The notes under the pieces are model-generated. The model searched no databases, was not told the DNA's origin, and saw only the letters and a list, made by a program, of their open reading frames with translations. Source: an uncultured beta proteobacterium (lineage in GTDB: Bacteria; Pseudomonadota; Gammaproteobacteria; Burkholderiales; Gallionellaceae). From it: a stretch of 64,000 nucleotides of DNA. The number at the start of each line of letters is the position of its first letter. Positions within the stretch are counted from its first letter, which is position 1. A program made the position numbers and the translations under genes. Location: assembly GCA_963735945.1 (NCBI GenBank), contig CAVTMV010000010.1, forward strand, positions 17,559-81,558, in the 5' to 3' direction. Positions 52,000-61,976 of this stretch are shown here, piece by piece.

Positions 52000-53730
52000 A
52001 TGGCAATGGCAAACATGAAAGTGGGGACGCGCTTGGCGCTTGGATTTGGTGCAGTGATCATTATGCTGATCGTTGTCGCCGTTGTTGGCATCACCAATAT
52101 GCGCGGTTTGCAGGCAGAGATCGGCGATATGGTACATGACAAATTCCCCAAGACGGTCTGGGCGAACAATATCGTGAATAACATCAACATCATCGCTCGT
52201 GCAATGCGCAACACCTTGCTGATGTCGGATAAAGACAAGGTCGCCAAAGAACTGGACCGTATCGAAGAGGCGCGTGTGGCCATCAAGGACAACCTGCAGA
52301 AATTGCAAGATTCGATAACCTCGGCAGGGGGCAAAGCCGCCTTGACCGTGGTGGTCGATGCGCGAACAAAATACATCGATTCGCAGAACCAGTTCATCAA
52401 GATGATGAAAGAGGGGAGACGCGATGAAGCGAGGGATTATCTGCTGAACGACGTCCGTCCGTTACAAGTCGCCTACATAGATAGCGTTAACAAGCTCATC
52501 GATTTCCAGGTCGATCTGATGAACGAGGTTGGCGAGAGTGCAAACAAGACTGTGCAAACAGCATTGACCATCATTATCATCCTGTCGCTCATTGCAACCA
52601 TCGTCGGGGTGGCGGTCGCTTATCTGATCGTGCGCAACCTGATGAAGCAACTGGGTGGAGAGCCTGATTATGCGGCCCATGCCGTGGGACGGATCGCCGC
52701 CGGTGACCTGACCATTGACCTGGAGATCAAGCGTGGCGACACGACCAGCCTGCTGTACTCGCTGAAGACCATGCAGGATGCGTTGCGTCACCTGATCCAC
52801 GAGATCAAGGATTCCACCGACACCATCAACACCGCGTCGAAGGAGATCGCCTCGGGCAACAGCGACCTGTCGCAACGTACCGAAGAGCAGGCGTCGAGTC
52901 TGGAAGAGACCGCCTCCAGCATGGAAGAACTGACCTCGACCGTGCGGCAGAACACCGAGAACGCCAAGCAGGCGAACCAGCTGGCGATCAGTGCATCGGA
53001 CGTGGCAGGCAAAGGCGGCGCCGTGGTCAGCCAGGTGGTCACCACCATGGACTCCATCAACGAATCGTCGCGCAAGATCGTCGACATCATCTCCGTCATC
53101 GACGGCATCGCCTTCCAGACCAACATCCTGGCGCTGAATGCGGCGGTGGAAGCCGCCCGGGCCGGCGAACAGGGCCGCGGTTTTGCCGTGGTGGCAGGCG
53201 AAGTGCGTAACCTGGCGCAACGCAGTGCTGCCGCCGCCAAGGAGATCAAGACCCTGATCGGTGACTCGGTGGAGAAAGTCGAAGGCGGCAGCAAACTGGT
53301 GGCCCAGGCCGGCCAGACCATGGAAGAGATCGTCACCTCGATCCGCCGCGTGACCGACATCATGTCCGAGATCACCGCGGCCTCGGTCGAACAAAGCCAG
53401 GGCATCGAGCAAGTGAACCTCGCCATCACCCAGATGGACGAAGTGACCCAGCAGAACGCCGCGCTGGTGGAAGAGGCTGCTGCGGCAGCCGAGTCGCTGG
53501 AAGAGCAGGCGCAGAACCTGTCCGCATCGGTGGCCACTTTCAAGGTGGATGACAACGCGACCCAGGTCGTTGTGGCCCGCGCCCCGGCAGCAGCTCCTGC
53601 AGTCCGCCATGCACCGTCTCCCGCCCGCAAAGCGGTGGCGGCCCCCAGGGCTGCCCCGAGCAAATCCACTGCGGTTGCCAAGCCGAAGGCCGCCAAGGCA
53701 AGCGATGACGGTGAATGGCAAGAGTTTTAA
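52000..53730 (+). CDS. Methyl-accepting chemotaxis protein 1 (four-helix-bundle sensor; EWQEF pentapeptide)
   Basis: TM, ~160-aa helical sensor, [32 protein letters not shown], ends GEWQEF. Confidence 0.95.
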   Translation: MAMANMKVGTRLALGFGAVIIMLIVVAVVGITNMRGLQAEIGDMVHDKFPKTVWANNIVNNINIIARAMRNTLLMSDKDKVAKELDRIEEARVAIKDNLQKLQDSITSAGGKAALTVVVDARTKYIDSQNQFIKMMKEGRRDEARDYLLNDVRPLQVAYIDSVNKLIDFQVDLMNEVGESANKTVQTALTIIIILSLIATIVGVAVAYLIVRNLMKQLGGEPDYAAHAVGRIAAGDLTIDLEIKRGDTTSLLYSLKTMQDALRHLIHEIKDSTDTINTASKEIASGNSDLSQRTEEQASSLEETASSMEELTSTVRQNTENAKQANQLAISASDVAGKGGAVVSQVVTTMDSINESSRKIVDIISVIDGIAFQTNILALNAAVEAARAGEQGRGFAVVAGEVRNLAQRSAAAAKEIKTLIGDSVEKVEGGSKLVAQAGQTMEEIVTSIRRVTDIMSEITAASVEQSQGIEQVNLAITQMDEVTQQNAALVEEAAAAAESLEEQAQNLSASVATFKVDDNATQVVVARAPAAAPAVRHAPSPARKAVAAPRAAPSKSTAVAKPKAAKASDDGEWQEF

Positions 53731-53810
53731 TTGAACATGGAGATCATCCCTGATACTTTGAGGAGTGACCGCACCGATATGTAAGACTGCTCAACCTTGA
53801 GGAGGGCATC

Positions 53811-54296
53811 ATGCAGACAAGCGAAAATCAGCAGGGAGCAGAGGCAGGCCGCGAACTGCTGACGTTCACGCTGGGCCGCGAAGAGTACGGCATCGATATC
53901 CTCAAGGTACAGGAGATCCGTGGTTACGATGCCGTGACCACGATCGCCAACGCTCCCGAGTTCATCAAAGGCGTGATCAACCTGCGCGGCATCATCGTCC
54001 CGATCGTGGACATGCGCATCAAGTTCCATCTGGGGAACATCGAATACAACCAGTTCACCGTCGTCATCATCCTCAATGTTGCTAACCGTGTGGTGGGTAT
54101 CGTGGTGGATGGCGTCTCCGATGTGATCGCCCTGACACCGGGCCAGATCAAACCCTCACCCGAATTTAGCACCACCCTGGATACCCAGTACATCACCGGA
54201 CTGGGTACGGTGGACGAACGCATGATCATCGTGATGGACATCGAGAAACTGTTGAGTGGCCGGGATATGGAATTGTTCGAAATGACATCGGATTAG
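53811..54296 (+). CDS. cheW: CheW copy 2
   Basis: Near-identical to copy 1. Confidence 0.96.
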   Translation: MQTSENQQGAEAGRELLTFTLGREEYGIDILKVQEIRGYDAVTTIANAPEFIKGVINLRGIIVPIVDMRIKFHLGNIEYNQFTVVIILNVANRVVGIVVDGVSDVIALTPGQIKPSPEFSTTLDTQYITGLGTVDERMIIVMDIEKLLSGRDMELFEMTSD

Positions 54297-54315
54297 TTTA
54301 CGAAAGGGGAAAATC

Positions 54316-56262
54316 ATGTTTGGAAATCTGACTATCAAGGCCAGACTGATCTTTACGATCAGTCTGTTGTCCGTTTTGCTCATAGTCGTTGGTTTTTTCG
54401 GTTTGCGAGGGATGAGCGCCTCCAACGAGGGGTTGCGAACTGTTTATGAGGATCGCTTGGTTGCCTTGGGGCAATTGACTGACGTCAACATGCTCCAATC
54501 CGAGAACCAGAGACAGTTGCATCTGATGCTGATGCACGATCCGCGTCTGCCGGAAAGCAAGCTGCATGACCACCCCTTGACCTTTCATACCGACAAGATG
54601 AAGGCGAATTCTGCGAGCAACAACAAGAACTGGGAAGCATACCTGACTACCTACCTGACCCCGGAGGAAAAGGTGCTGACTGAGGAGTATGCGGCGAAGC
54701 GGAAGGTCTATCAGGCAGCCCGGAACAAGGCGATGGATTACATCAAGGCGGGGAATTTCCTTGAAGCCAATTCCACCGTGGTAAAGGAGGTCGGACCAGC
54801 TTATTCGGCAAACTTTGAAGCGATGCGCAAGCTCATTCAGTTGCAGATCGATGTGGGCAAGGAGGAATACACCAAATCGGCCAAAGCCTATGCGACGACG
54901 CGTACCATTTCGATAGTATCCATCGTGCTTGGTGTGCTGTTGGCGGCTTTCATCGGGACCCTGTTGATACGCAACATCAGCCGCTCGCTGGCTCAGGCAT
55001 TGAGTGTGGCGGGAAGGATTGCCCAGGGGGATCTGAGTATTCCGGTGCATGTGGATAGCCGTGATGAAATCGGCCGTGTGCTGGAAGCCATCAAGACCAT
55101 GCAGGACAGTTTGCGTCAGTTGATCAGCGAAATCAGAAGTGCGACCGACACCATCAACACCGCATCGAAAGAGATCGCCTCGGGCAACAGCGACCTGTCG
55201 CAACGTACCGAAGAACAGGCCTCCAGCCTGGAAGAGACCGCCTCCAGCATGGAAGAATTGACCTCCACCGTGAAACAGAACGCCGAGAACGCCAAGCAAG
55301 CCAACCAGCTGGCGATCGGCGCTTCGGACGTGGCAAGCAAAGGCGGCGCCGTGGTCAGCCAGGTGGTCACTACCATGGACTCCATCAACGAATCGTCGCG
55401 CAAGATCGTCGACATCATATCCGTGATCGACGGCATCGCTTTCCAGACCAACATCCTGGCGCTGAATGCTGCGGTGGAAGCCGCCCGGGCCGGAGAACAG
55501 GGCCGGGGCTTTGCGGTGGTGGCAGGCGAGGTGCGCACTTTGGCACAACGTTCGGCAGCAGCAGCCAAAGAGATCAAGACCTTGATCGGGGATTCCGTGG
55601 AAAAGGTCGAGGGCGGCAGCAAACAGGTCGCCCAGGCCGGCCAGACCATGGAAGAGATCGTCACCAGCATCAAACGCGTGACCGACATCATGTCCGAGAT
55701 CACCTCTGCGTCGGTCGAGCAAAGCCAAGGTATCGAGCAGGTGAACACAGCCATCACACAGATGGACGAAGTGACACAGCAGAACGCGGCATTGGTTGAG
55801 GAGGCTGCTGCTGCCGCCGAATCGCTGGAAGAGCAGGCGCAGAACCTGGTGGAACTGGCCGGCATCTTCAAATTGGAAGAAGGCACCAGTCAACGCGCAC
55901 CGAAGCGAGAATCCTTCGACTTCAGCACGGCTCGTTCAAAACACCTGAAATGGAAAAGCCGAATCCGGGATTTCCTCGATGGCAAGGAATCCATGGACGA
56001 GTCTCAAGCCGTCTCCGCTCACGACTGCGATCTGGGGAAATGGCTGTATGGTACAGGCATGAGCAAGTACGGTCAGCTTGCATCCATGAAAGAGCTGGAG
56101 AGCGTCCATTCCCAGCTTCATGCCACGGTCAAAAAGATAGTCTCCTTGAAAAACAGCGGCAACCAGGCTGGCGCAGAGGCGGAGTTTCCCAAGATCGAAC
56201 AGTTCTCTCAGCGAGTGGTGGAACTGCTGCGCCAGATCGAACAAGAAGTCACAGCAAAATAA
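54316..56262 (+). CDS. Methyl-accepting chemotaxis protein 2 (TarH/4HB-like sensor, HAMP, C-terminal CZB zinc-binding domain)
   Basis: MCP signalling domain followed by KHLKWK...AHDCDLGKWLY...VHSQLH. Confidence 0.93.
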   Translation: MFGNLTIKARLIFTISLLSVLLIVVGFFGLRGMSASNEGLRTVYEDRLVALGQLTDVNMLQSENQRQLHLMLMHDPRLPESKLHDHPLTFHTDKMKANSASNNKNWEAYLTTYLTPEEKVLTEEYAAKRKVYQAARNKAMDYIKAGNFLEANSTVVKEVGPAYSANFEAMRKLIQLQIDVGKEEYTKSAKAYATTRTISIVSIVLGVLLAAFIGTLLIRNISRSLAQALSVAGRIAQGDLSIPVHVDSRDEIGRVLEAIKTMQDSLRQLISEIRSATDTINTASKEIASGNSDLSQRTEEQASSLEETASSMEELTSTVKQNAENAKQANQLAIGASDVASKGGAVVSQVVTTMDSINESSRKIVDIISVIDGIAFQTNILALNAAVEAARAGEQGRGFAVVAGEVRTLAQRSAAAAKEIKTLIGDSVEKVEGGSKQVAQAGQTMEEIVTSIKRVTDIMSEITSASVEQSQGIEQVNTAITQMDEVTQQNAALVEEAAAAAESLEEQAQNLVELAGIFKLEEGTSQRAPKRESFDFSTARSKHLKWKSRIRDFLDGKESMDESQAVSAHDCDLGKWLYGTGMSKYGQLASMKELESVHSQLHATVKKIVSLKNSGNQAGAEAEFPKIEQFSQRVVELLRQIEQEVTAK

Positions 56263-56271
56263 GGAGCGATC

Positions 56272-56757
56272 ATGATGGAAAATATCGACCAGAGTAGCTC
56301 CAGCGCGATAGGACGCGAGTTGCTGACGTTCACGCTGGGCAGCGAAGAATACGGCATCGACATCCTCAAGGTGCAGGAGATTCGCGGTTACGATGCTGTA
56401 ACCACGATCGCCAATGCCCCCGAGTTCATCAAAGGCGTAATCAATCTGCGCGGCATCATCGTCCCTATCGTGGACATGCGCATCAAATTCCATCTGAGCA
56501 AGGTCGACTACGACCAATTCACCGTCGTCATCATCCTCAACGTCGCCCATCGCGTGGTCGGCATCGTGGTGGATGGCGTCTCCGATGTGATCGCACTGAC
56601 GCCGGACCAGATCAAACCCTCGCCCGAATTCAGCACCACGCTGGATACCCAGTACATCACCGGGCTGGGCACGGTGGACGAGCGCATGATCATCGTGGTG
56701 GACATCGAGAAACTGCTGAGCAGCAAGGATATGGAGTTATTCGATACCGTAGCTTAA
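56272..56757 (+). CDS. cheW: CheW copy 3
   Basis: Same CheW core. Confidence 0.96.
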   Translation: MMENIDQSSSSAIGRELLTFTLGSEEYGIDILKVQEIRGYDAVTTIANAPEFIKGVINLRGIIVPIVDMRIKFHLSKVDYDQFTVVIILNVAHRVVGIVVDGVSDVIALTPDQIKPSPEFSTTLDTQYITGLGTVDERMIIVVDIEKLLSSKDMELFDTVA

Positions 56758-56781
56758 CAACACGCAATCAGGGGGGCAATC

Positions 56782-58545
56782 ATGACATTCAACAATATGA
56801 AAGTAAGTACGCGTCTTGCTCTGGGCTTCGGCTCGCTAATTTTGTTGTTGCTGATCATTTCAGGCACAGCGTTATTGCGTGTTGCCGAAATCGTCACTGA
56901 CACCGGCCTTGTCGTGAACGATCGGATGCCCAAGGTGACAATGTCCGATGAGGTGTCGCAGAACATTCTGATCATCGCGCGATCGACACGCAACATCATC
57001 CTTTCCAACAACAAGCAGTTCGAGAAGCAGCAACTTGAGATCATTGCCAGCACGCGCAAGCACAATGGCGAGATACTGGAAAAAATCGAAGGCATGCTTT
57101 CTTCTGAAAAGGGCAAACAGATGTTTGCAGAAGTAACCGATGCTCGTACGAAATATAACGCCTCGCTTGACGTGTTGCTTTCTTTGGCTGACAGCTCATC
57201 TTCCCAGTGGAATGTTGAAAAAGCGACGCAATATCTGTTTGGGGAATACACGCAACTGGCCAATTCCTACGTGGATAAAATGAAACAGTTTGCCGATTTC
57301 CAGAAGGGACTGGCAGACGAAGCGGGGAAGGATGCTGAAGCGGCCGGCAGTTCGACCAGAATTGCCGTCATTACGCTGGCCATCATTTCCTTTATCGTTG
57401 CAGCAGTTCTGGCTGTTTGGATTACGCGCAGCATTCTGCGGCAACTTGGCGGCGAACCCGACTATGCGGCTCACGCCGTAGGCCGAATCGCCGCTGGCGA
57501 CCTGACCATTGACCTGGAGATCAAGCGTGGCGACACGACCAGCCTGCTGTACTCGCTGAAGACCATGCAGGATGCCTTGCGCCACCTGATCCACGAGATC
57601 AAGGACTCCACCGACACCATCAACACCGCGTCCAAAGAGATCGCCTCGGGCAACAGCGACCTGTCGCAGCGCACCGAAGAACAGGCCTCGAGTCTGGAAG
57701 AGACCGCCTCCAGCATGGAAGAACTGACCTCGACCGTGCGGCAGAACACCGAGAACGCCAAGCAAGCCAACCAACTGGCGATCAGCGCCTCGGACGTGGC
57801 AGGCAAGGGCGGCGCCGTGGTCAGCCAGGTGGTCACCACCATGGACTCCATCAACGAATCGTCGCGCAAGATCGTGGACATCATCTCCGTCATCGACGGC
57901 ATCGCCTTCCAGACCAACATCCTGGCGCTGAATGCGGCAGTGGAAGCCGCACGTGCCGGCGAACAGGGCCGCGGCTTTGCGGTGGTGGCTGGTGAAGTGC
58001 GCAACCTGGCACAACGCAGTGCGGCGGCTGCCAAGGAGATCAAGACCCTGATCGGCGACTCGGTGGAGAAGGTCGAAGGCGGCAGCAAACTGGTGGCCCA
58101 GGCCGGCCAGACCATGGAAGAGATCGTCACCAGCATCAAACGCGTGACCGACATCATGTCCGAGATCACCGCGGCCTCGGTCGAACAAAGCCAGGGTATC
58201 GAACAAGTGAATACAGCCATCACCCAGATGGACGAAGTGACCCAGCAGAACGCGGCACTGGTTGAGGAGGCTGCTGCTGCCGCCGAATCGCTGGAAGAGC
58301 AGGCGCAGAACCTGTCGGCCTCGGTGGCTACTTTCAAGGTTGACGATGCTGCAAGCCAGGGCACAGTCCGGGCCGTTGCCGCCACAGCGGCTGCAGCTCC
58401 GGCAGCACCAGCTGCCCACCGTGCTGCCCCTGCACCAGCACGCAAAGCCGTGGCGGCCCCCAAGGCGGCTTCGAGCAAATCCACCGCGGTTGCCAAGCCA
58501 AAGGCTGCCAAGGCCAGCGAGGATGGGGAATGGCAGGAGTTTTAA
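56782..58545 (+). CDS. Methyl-accepting chemotaxis protein 3 (four-helix-bundle sensor; EWQEF)
   Basis: Same architecture as MCP1 with a different sensor sequence. Confidence 0.95.
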   Translation: MTFNNMKVSTRLALGFGSLILLLLIISGTALLRVAEIVTDTGLVVNDRMPKVTMSDEVSQNILIIARSTRNIILSNNKQFEKQQLEIIASTRKHNGEILEKIEGMLSSEKGKQMFAEVTDARTKYNASLDVLLSLADSSSSQWNVEKATQYLFGEYTQLANSYVDKMKQFADFQKGLADEAGKDAEAAGSSTRIAVITLAIISFIVAAVLAVWITRSILRQLGGEPDYAAHAVGRIAAGDLTIDLEIKRGDTTSLLYSLKTMQDALRHLIHEIKDSTDTINTASKEIASGNSDLSQRTEEQASSLEETASSMEELTSTVRQNTENAKQANQLAISASDVAGKGGAVVSQVVTTMDSINESSRKIVDIISVIDGIAFQTNILALNAAVEAARAGEQGRGFAVVAGEVRNLAQRSAAAAKEIKTLIGDSVEKVEGGSKLVAQAGQTMEEIVTSIKRVTDIMSEITAASVEQSQGIEQVNTAITQMDEVTQQNAALVEEAAAAAESLEEQAQNLSASVATFKVDDAASQGTVRAVAATAAAAPAAPAAHRAAPAPARKAVAAPKAASSKSTAVAKPKAAKASEDGEWQEF

Positions 58546-58618
58546 CGAGCAATCTGATATGCGGAGGCGGGGGCGTTTCCCCCGCTAATTGAAACCGTTC
58601 AACTTTGAGGAGGTTGTC

Positions 58619-59107
58619 ATGCAAACAGAGGGGGATCAGAGGGGCGCTGTTGCTACGGGCCGTGAACTGCTGACGTTCACGCTGGGTAGTGAAGAATATG
58701 GTATCGACATCCTTAAGGTGCAGGAGATCCGTGGTTACGATGCTGTAACCACGATCGCCAATGCGCCCGAGTTCATCAAAGGTGTAATCAACCTGCGCGG
58801 CATCATCGTCCCAATCGTGGACATGCGCATCAAATTTCATCTGAGCAAGGTCGATTACGACCAATTCACCGTCGTCATCATCCTCAATGTCGCCCATCGT
58901 GTGGTCGGCATCGTGGTGGACGGCGTCTCCGACGTGATCGCGCTGACGCCGGACCAGATCAAACCCTCACCCGAATTCAGCACTACCCTGGATACGCAAT
59001 ACATCACGGGACTGGGTACCGTGGACGAACGCATGATCATCGTGGTGGATATCGAGAGGCTGTTGAGTAGCCGGGATATGGAACTGTTTGAAGGGGCTGC
59101 GGCTTGA
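58619..59107 (+). CDS. cheW: CheW copy 4
   Basis: Same CheW core. GAGGAGG RBS before ATG 58619. Confidence 0.96.
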   Translation: MQTEGDQRGAVATGRELLTFTLGSEEYGIDILKVQEIRGYDAVTTIANAPEFIKGVINLRGIIVPIVDMRIKFHLSKVDYDQFTVVIILNVAHRVVGIVVDGVSDVIALTPDQIKPSPEFSTTLDTQYITGLGTVDERMIIVVDIERLLSSRDMELFEGAAA

Positions 59108-59141
59108 TCGCAGCAATCAATTCATTGCAAGGAGAATAAAA

Positions 59142-60884
59142 ATGACACTCGCTAACATGAAAGTAGGCACGAAACTGATCGGCGCATTCATCATTGTTTC
59201 CCTGATCAGTGCGGTGGTCGGGGGGATCGGCATCAGCAATATGTCGAAGATCGATGTCAAGGCTGAGGATATGTATGAACATGAGTTGTTGGGACTTTCC
59301 TACATCAAGGAGGCCAACATCAATCTGGTTTATCTCGGGCGCGCGCGTGGCAACTTTCTGCTGGCCACTACACAGGCGGATCGTGAAAAGCAAAAAAAAT
59401 CGAGGGAAAAATACAATGCCAAGGTGCTGGAGTTGATGGCAAAGGCGAAACCCTTGTTCGTTAGCGACCGGGCCAAGCAGCTTTTTGCTGATTTCGACAA
59501 AGTATGGGGTGACTATCAGAAGGCGGGGGACAAAACCTACGCGCTGGGCGAGGCCGAAAAATTGCAGCAGCGTAGCGAGGCGCTGTCTCAGGCAATGGCG
59601 GAAACACGCCAGCACGCCGATACGCTGGATGAATATATGTCCGAACTTACCCAGCAGAAGGAAGCACGCGCCAAAGAAGCGGCAGATGAAACCACTGCGC
59701 TTTATCGGAATAGCCGGGCAATTATGATTGTCCTGATCCTGGGCGGCCTGTTGCTCGGCATTGCGATTGGATATTTCATTTCCCGCATGATCACCCGGCC
59801 GCTTGGGCAGGCAGTGGATACCGCCAACAAGCTTGCCGCCGGAGACCTGACCAGCACGGTTGAGGTCAGCGGCACGGACGAAGTCGGCCAACTCCTTTCT
59901 GCAGTGCATAACATGCAGGAAAACTTGCGCAAGATCGTGGGTGAGATCAAGGACGCGACCGACACCATTAACACCGCCTCGAAGGAAATCGCCTCGGGCA
60001 ACAGCGACCTGTCGCAACGCACCGAAGAGCAGGCCTCCAGCCTGGAAGAGACCGCAAGCAGCATGGAAGAACTGACCTCGACCGTGCGGCAGAATACCGA
60101 GAATGCCAAGCAGGCCAACCAGCTGGCGATCAGTGCATCGGACGTGGCGGGCAAGGGCGGCGCCGTGGTCGGCCAGGTGGTCACCACCATGGACTCCATC
60201 AACGAATCGTCGCGCAAGATCGTGGACATCATTTCCGTCATCGACGGCATTGCCTTCCAGACCAACATCCTGGCGCTGAATGCGGCGGTGGAAGCGGCCC
60301 GTGCCGGCGAACAGGGGCGTGGTTTTGCCGTGGTGGCAGGCGAAGTGCGCAACCTGGCACAACGCTCGGCCGCAGCAGCCAAAGAGATCAAGACCCTGAT
60401 CGGGGATTCCGTGGAAAAGGTCGAAGGCGGCAGCAAACTGGTGGCCCAAGCCGGCCAGACCATGGAAGAGATCGTCACCAGCATCAAACGTGTGACCGAC
60501 ATCATGTCCGAGATTACCGCCGCCTCGGTCGAACAAAGCCAGGGTATCGAACAAGTGAACACAGCCATCACCCAGATGGACGAAGTGACCCAGCAGAACG
60601 CGGCACTGGTTGAGGAAGCTGCTGCTGCCGCCGAATCGCTGGAAGAGCAGGCGCAGAACCTGTTGGCCTCGGTTTCCACCTTCAAGGTTGACGACAGTGC
60701 AACCCAGGTTGTGGCGGCTCGCGCCCCGGCAGCAGCAACTGCGAAGACATCAGCAGTCCGCCATGCAGCGGCGCCCGCACGCAAAGCCCTGGCGGCCCCC
60801 AAGGCGGCCCCGAGCAAATCCACTGCGGTTGCCAAGCCGAAGGCCGCCAAGGCAAGCGATGACGGGGAGTGGCAGGAGTTTTAA
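59142..60884 (+). CDS. Methyl-accepting chemotaxis protein 4 (four-helix-bundle sensor, HAMP; EWQEF)
   Basis: AGGAG RBS, MTLANMKVGTKL..., ITRPL..GDL..DEVGQL HAMP, MCP signalling domain. Confidence 0.95.
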   Translation: MTLANMKVGTKLIGAFIIVSLISAVVGGIGISNMSKIDVKAEDMYEHELLGLSYIKEANINLVYLGRARGNFLLATTQADREKQKKSREKYNAKVLELMAKAKPLFVSDRAKQLFADFDKVWGDYQKAGDKTYALGEAEKLQQRSEALSQAMAETRQHADTLDEYMSELTQQKEARAKEAADETTALYRNSRAIMIVLILGGLLLGIAIGYFISRMITRPLGQAVDTANKLAAGDLTSTVEVSGTDEVGQLLSAVHNMQENLRKIVGEIKDATDTINTASKEIASGNSDLSQRTEEQASSLEETASSMEELTSTVRQNTENAKQANQLAISASDVAGKGGAVVGQVVTTMDSINESSRKIVDIISVIDGIAFQTNILALNAAVEAARAGEQGRGFAVVAGEVRNLAQRSAAAAKEIKTLIGDSVEKVEGGSKLVAQAGQTMEEIVTSIKRVTDIMSEITAASVEQSQGIEQVNTAITQMDEVTQQNAALVEEAAAAAESLEEQAQNLLASVSTFKVDDSATQVVAARAPAAATAKTSAVRHAAAPARKALAAPKAAPSKSTAVAKPKAAKASDDGEWQEF

Positions 60885-60909
60885 CTATACCGGCGTTGCC
60901 TTTAATTAT

Positions 60910-60953
60910 GGATACCTTGCCGAAGCTTATGAACCACCTTCAGGCGGGTATCC
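60910..60953. other. Imperfect stem-loop between MCP4 and cheR
   Basis: ggataccttgccgaag ... cttcaggcgggtatcc. No U-tract. Confidence 0.35.
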
Positions 60954-61051
60954 ATCAATTAGGGTTTGTATTTATCACTAAGAGGGTGACGATTTTTATC
61001 GGTTACTTGTAAACTTACGCTATTCGTAAAACCTGTTCAATTAACGGCTCT

Positions 61052-61937
61052 ATGAACGCCAACATACTATCCAGTAGCGACGTCATTCGTGATCGCGAGT
61101 TTGAGTTCACCGATAGTGATTTCGAACGTGTGCGGCAAATGATCTATGCCCGTGCGGGGATATCACTGAACAAATCCAAGCAGGATATGGTGTATAGCCG
61201 TTTGGCGAGGCGTTTGCGAGCCACCGGGATCAGGAATTTTCGGGACTATCTGGAGGTTTTGGAAAAGAACGATGAGGTAGAGTGGGAGGCCTTCGTTAAC
61301 TCGCTTACCACCAACCTGACCGCATTTTTCCGCGAACCGCATCACTTCCCGGTATTGGCCGAGCATGCGTTGAAGCAGGCAAAGCGCCATTCCATTTCAC
61401 TCTGGTGTTCTGCATCTTCCACTGGCGAAGAACCGTACTCGATGGCGATGACCCTGATCGACGCTTTTGGTACTTTTACCCCCCCGGTTACCATCATCGC
61501 CAGCGATGTGGACACCAATGTCCTTGCCAAAGCAGAGGCTGGTGTTTATCCGATTGAACGTGTCGAGAAGCTGTCGCCAGACTTGGTAAAGCGCTTTTTT
61601 CTTAAAGGGGCTGGCGCGCAAGCGGGATTTGTAAAGGTCAGGCCCGAGTTGCAGGCAATGATCACTTTCAGGCAAATCAATCTGCTTAGCAACGATTGGC
61701 CGATACGCGGCCCCGCTGGATGCGATATTTTGCCGCAATGTGATGATTTATTTCGATAAGGAAACACAACTCAAAATTCTGGAAAGGTTTGCGCCATTAC
61801 TGCAGCCGGATGGGTTATTGTTCGCCGGGCATTCGGAAAGCTTTCATAATGCCGGGCATGTGTTCAGCTTGCGCGGCAAGACGGTTTATGAGTTGGCAAA
61901 GGGCAACAAGATGCGTCACGGACATGTCGAAAAATAA
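61052..61937 (+). CDS. cheR: Chemotaxis methyltransferase CheR; frameshift near 61715
   Basis: LTTNLTAFFREPHHF, SASSTGEEPYS, D.IFCRNVMIYFD, GHSES. Confidence 0.95.
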
Positions 61938-61976
61938 GCCGTCCTGCATGGGCGGCTTCCAGGAGGTTCGCTAGTC

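Noticed and set aside
51456-60884. Diversity-generating retroelement, shufflon or integron as the cause of the cassette array
   Set aside because: No reverse transcriptase, invertase or integrase, no attC or six-like sites seen, all units co-oriented, and differences are not adenine-specific.
61280-61287. Second GAGTGGGA as the distal direct repeat of a guaA island
   Set aside because: It lies inside cheR, 40 kb away across core genes. An 8-mer match is expected by chance.
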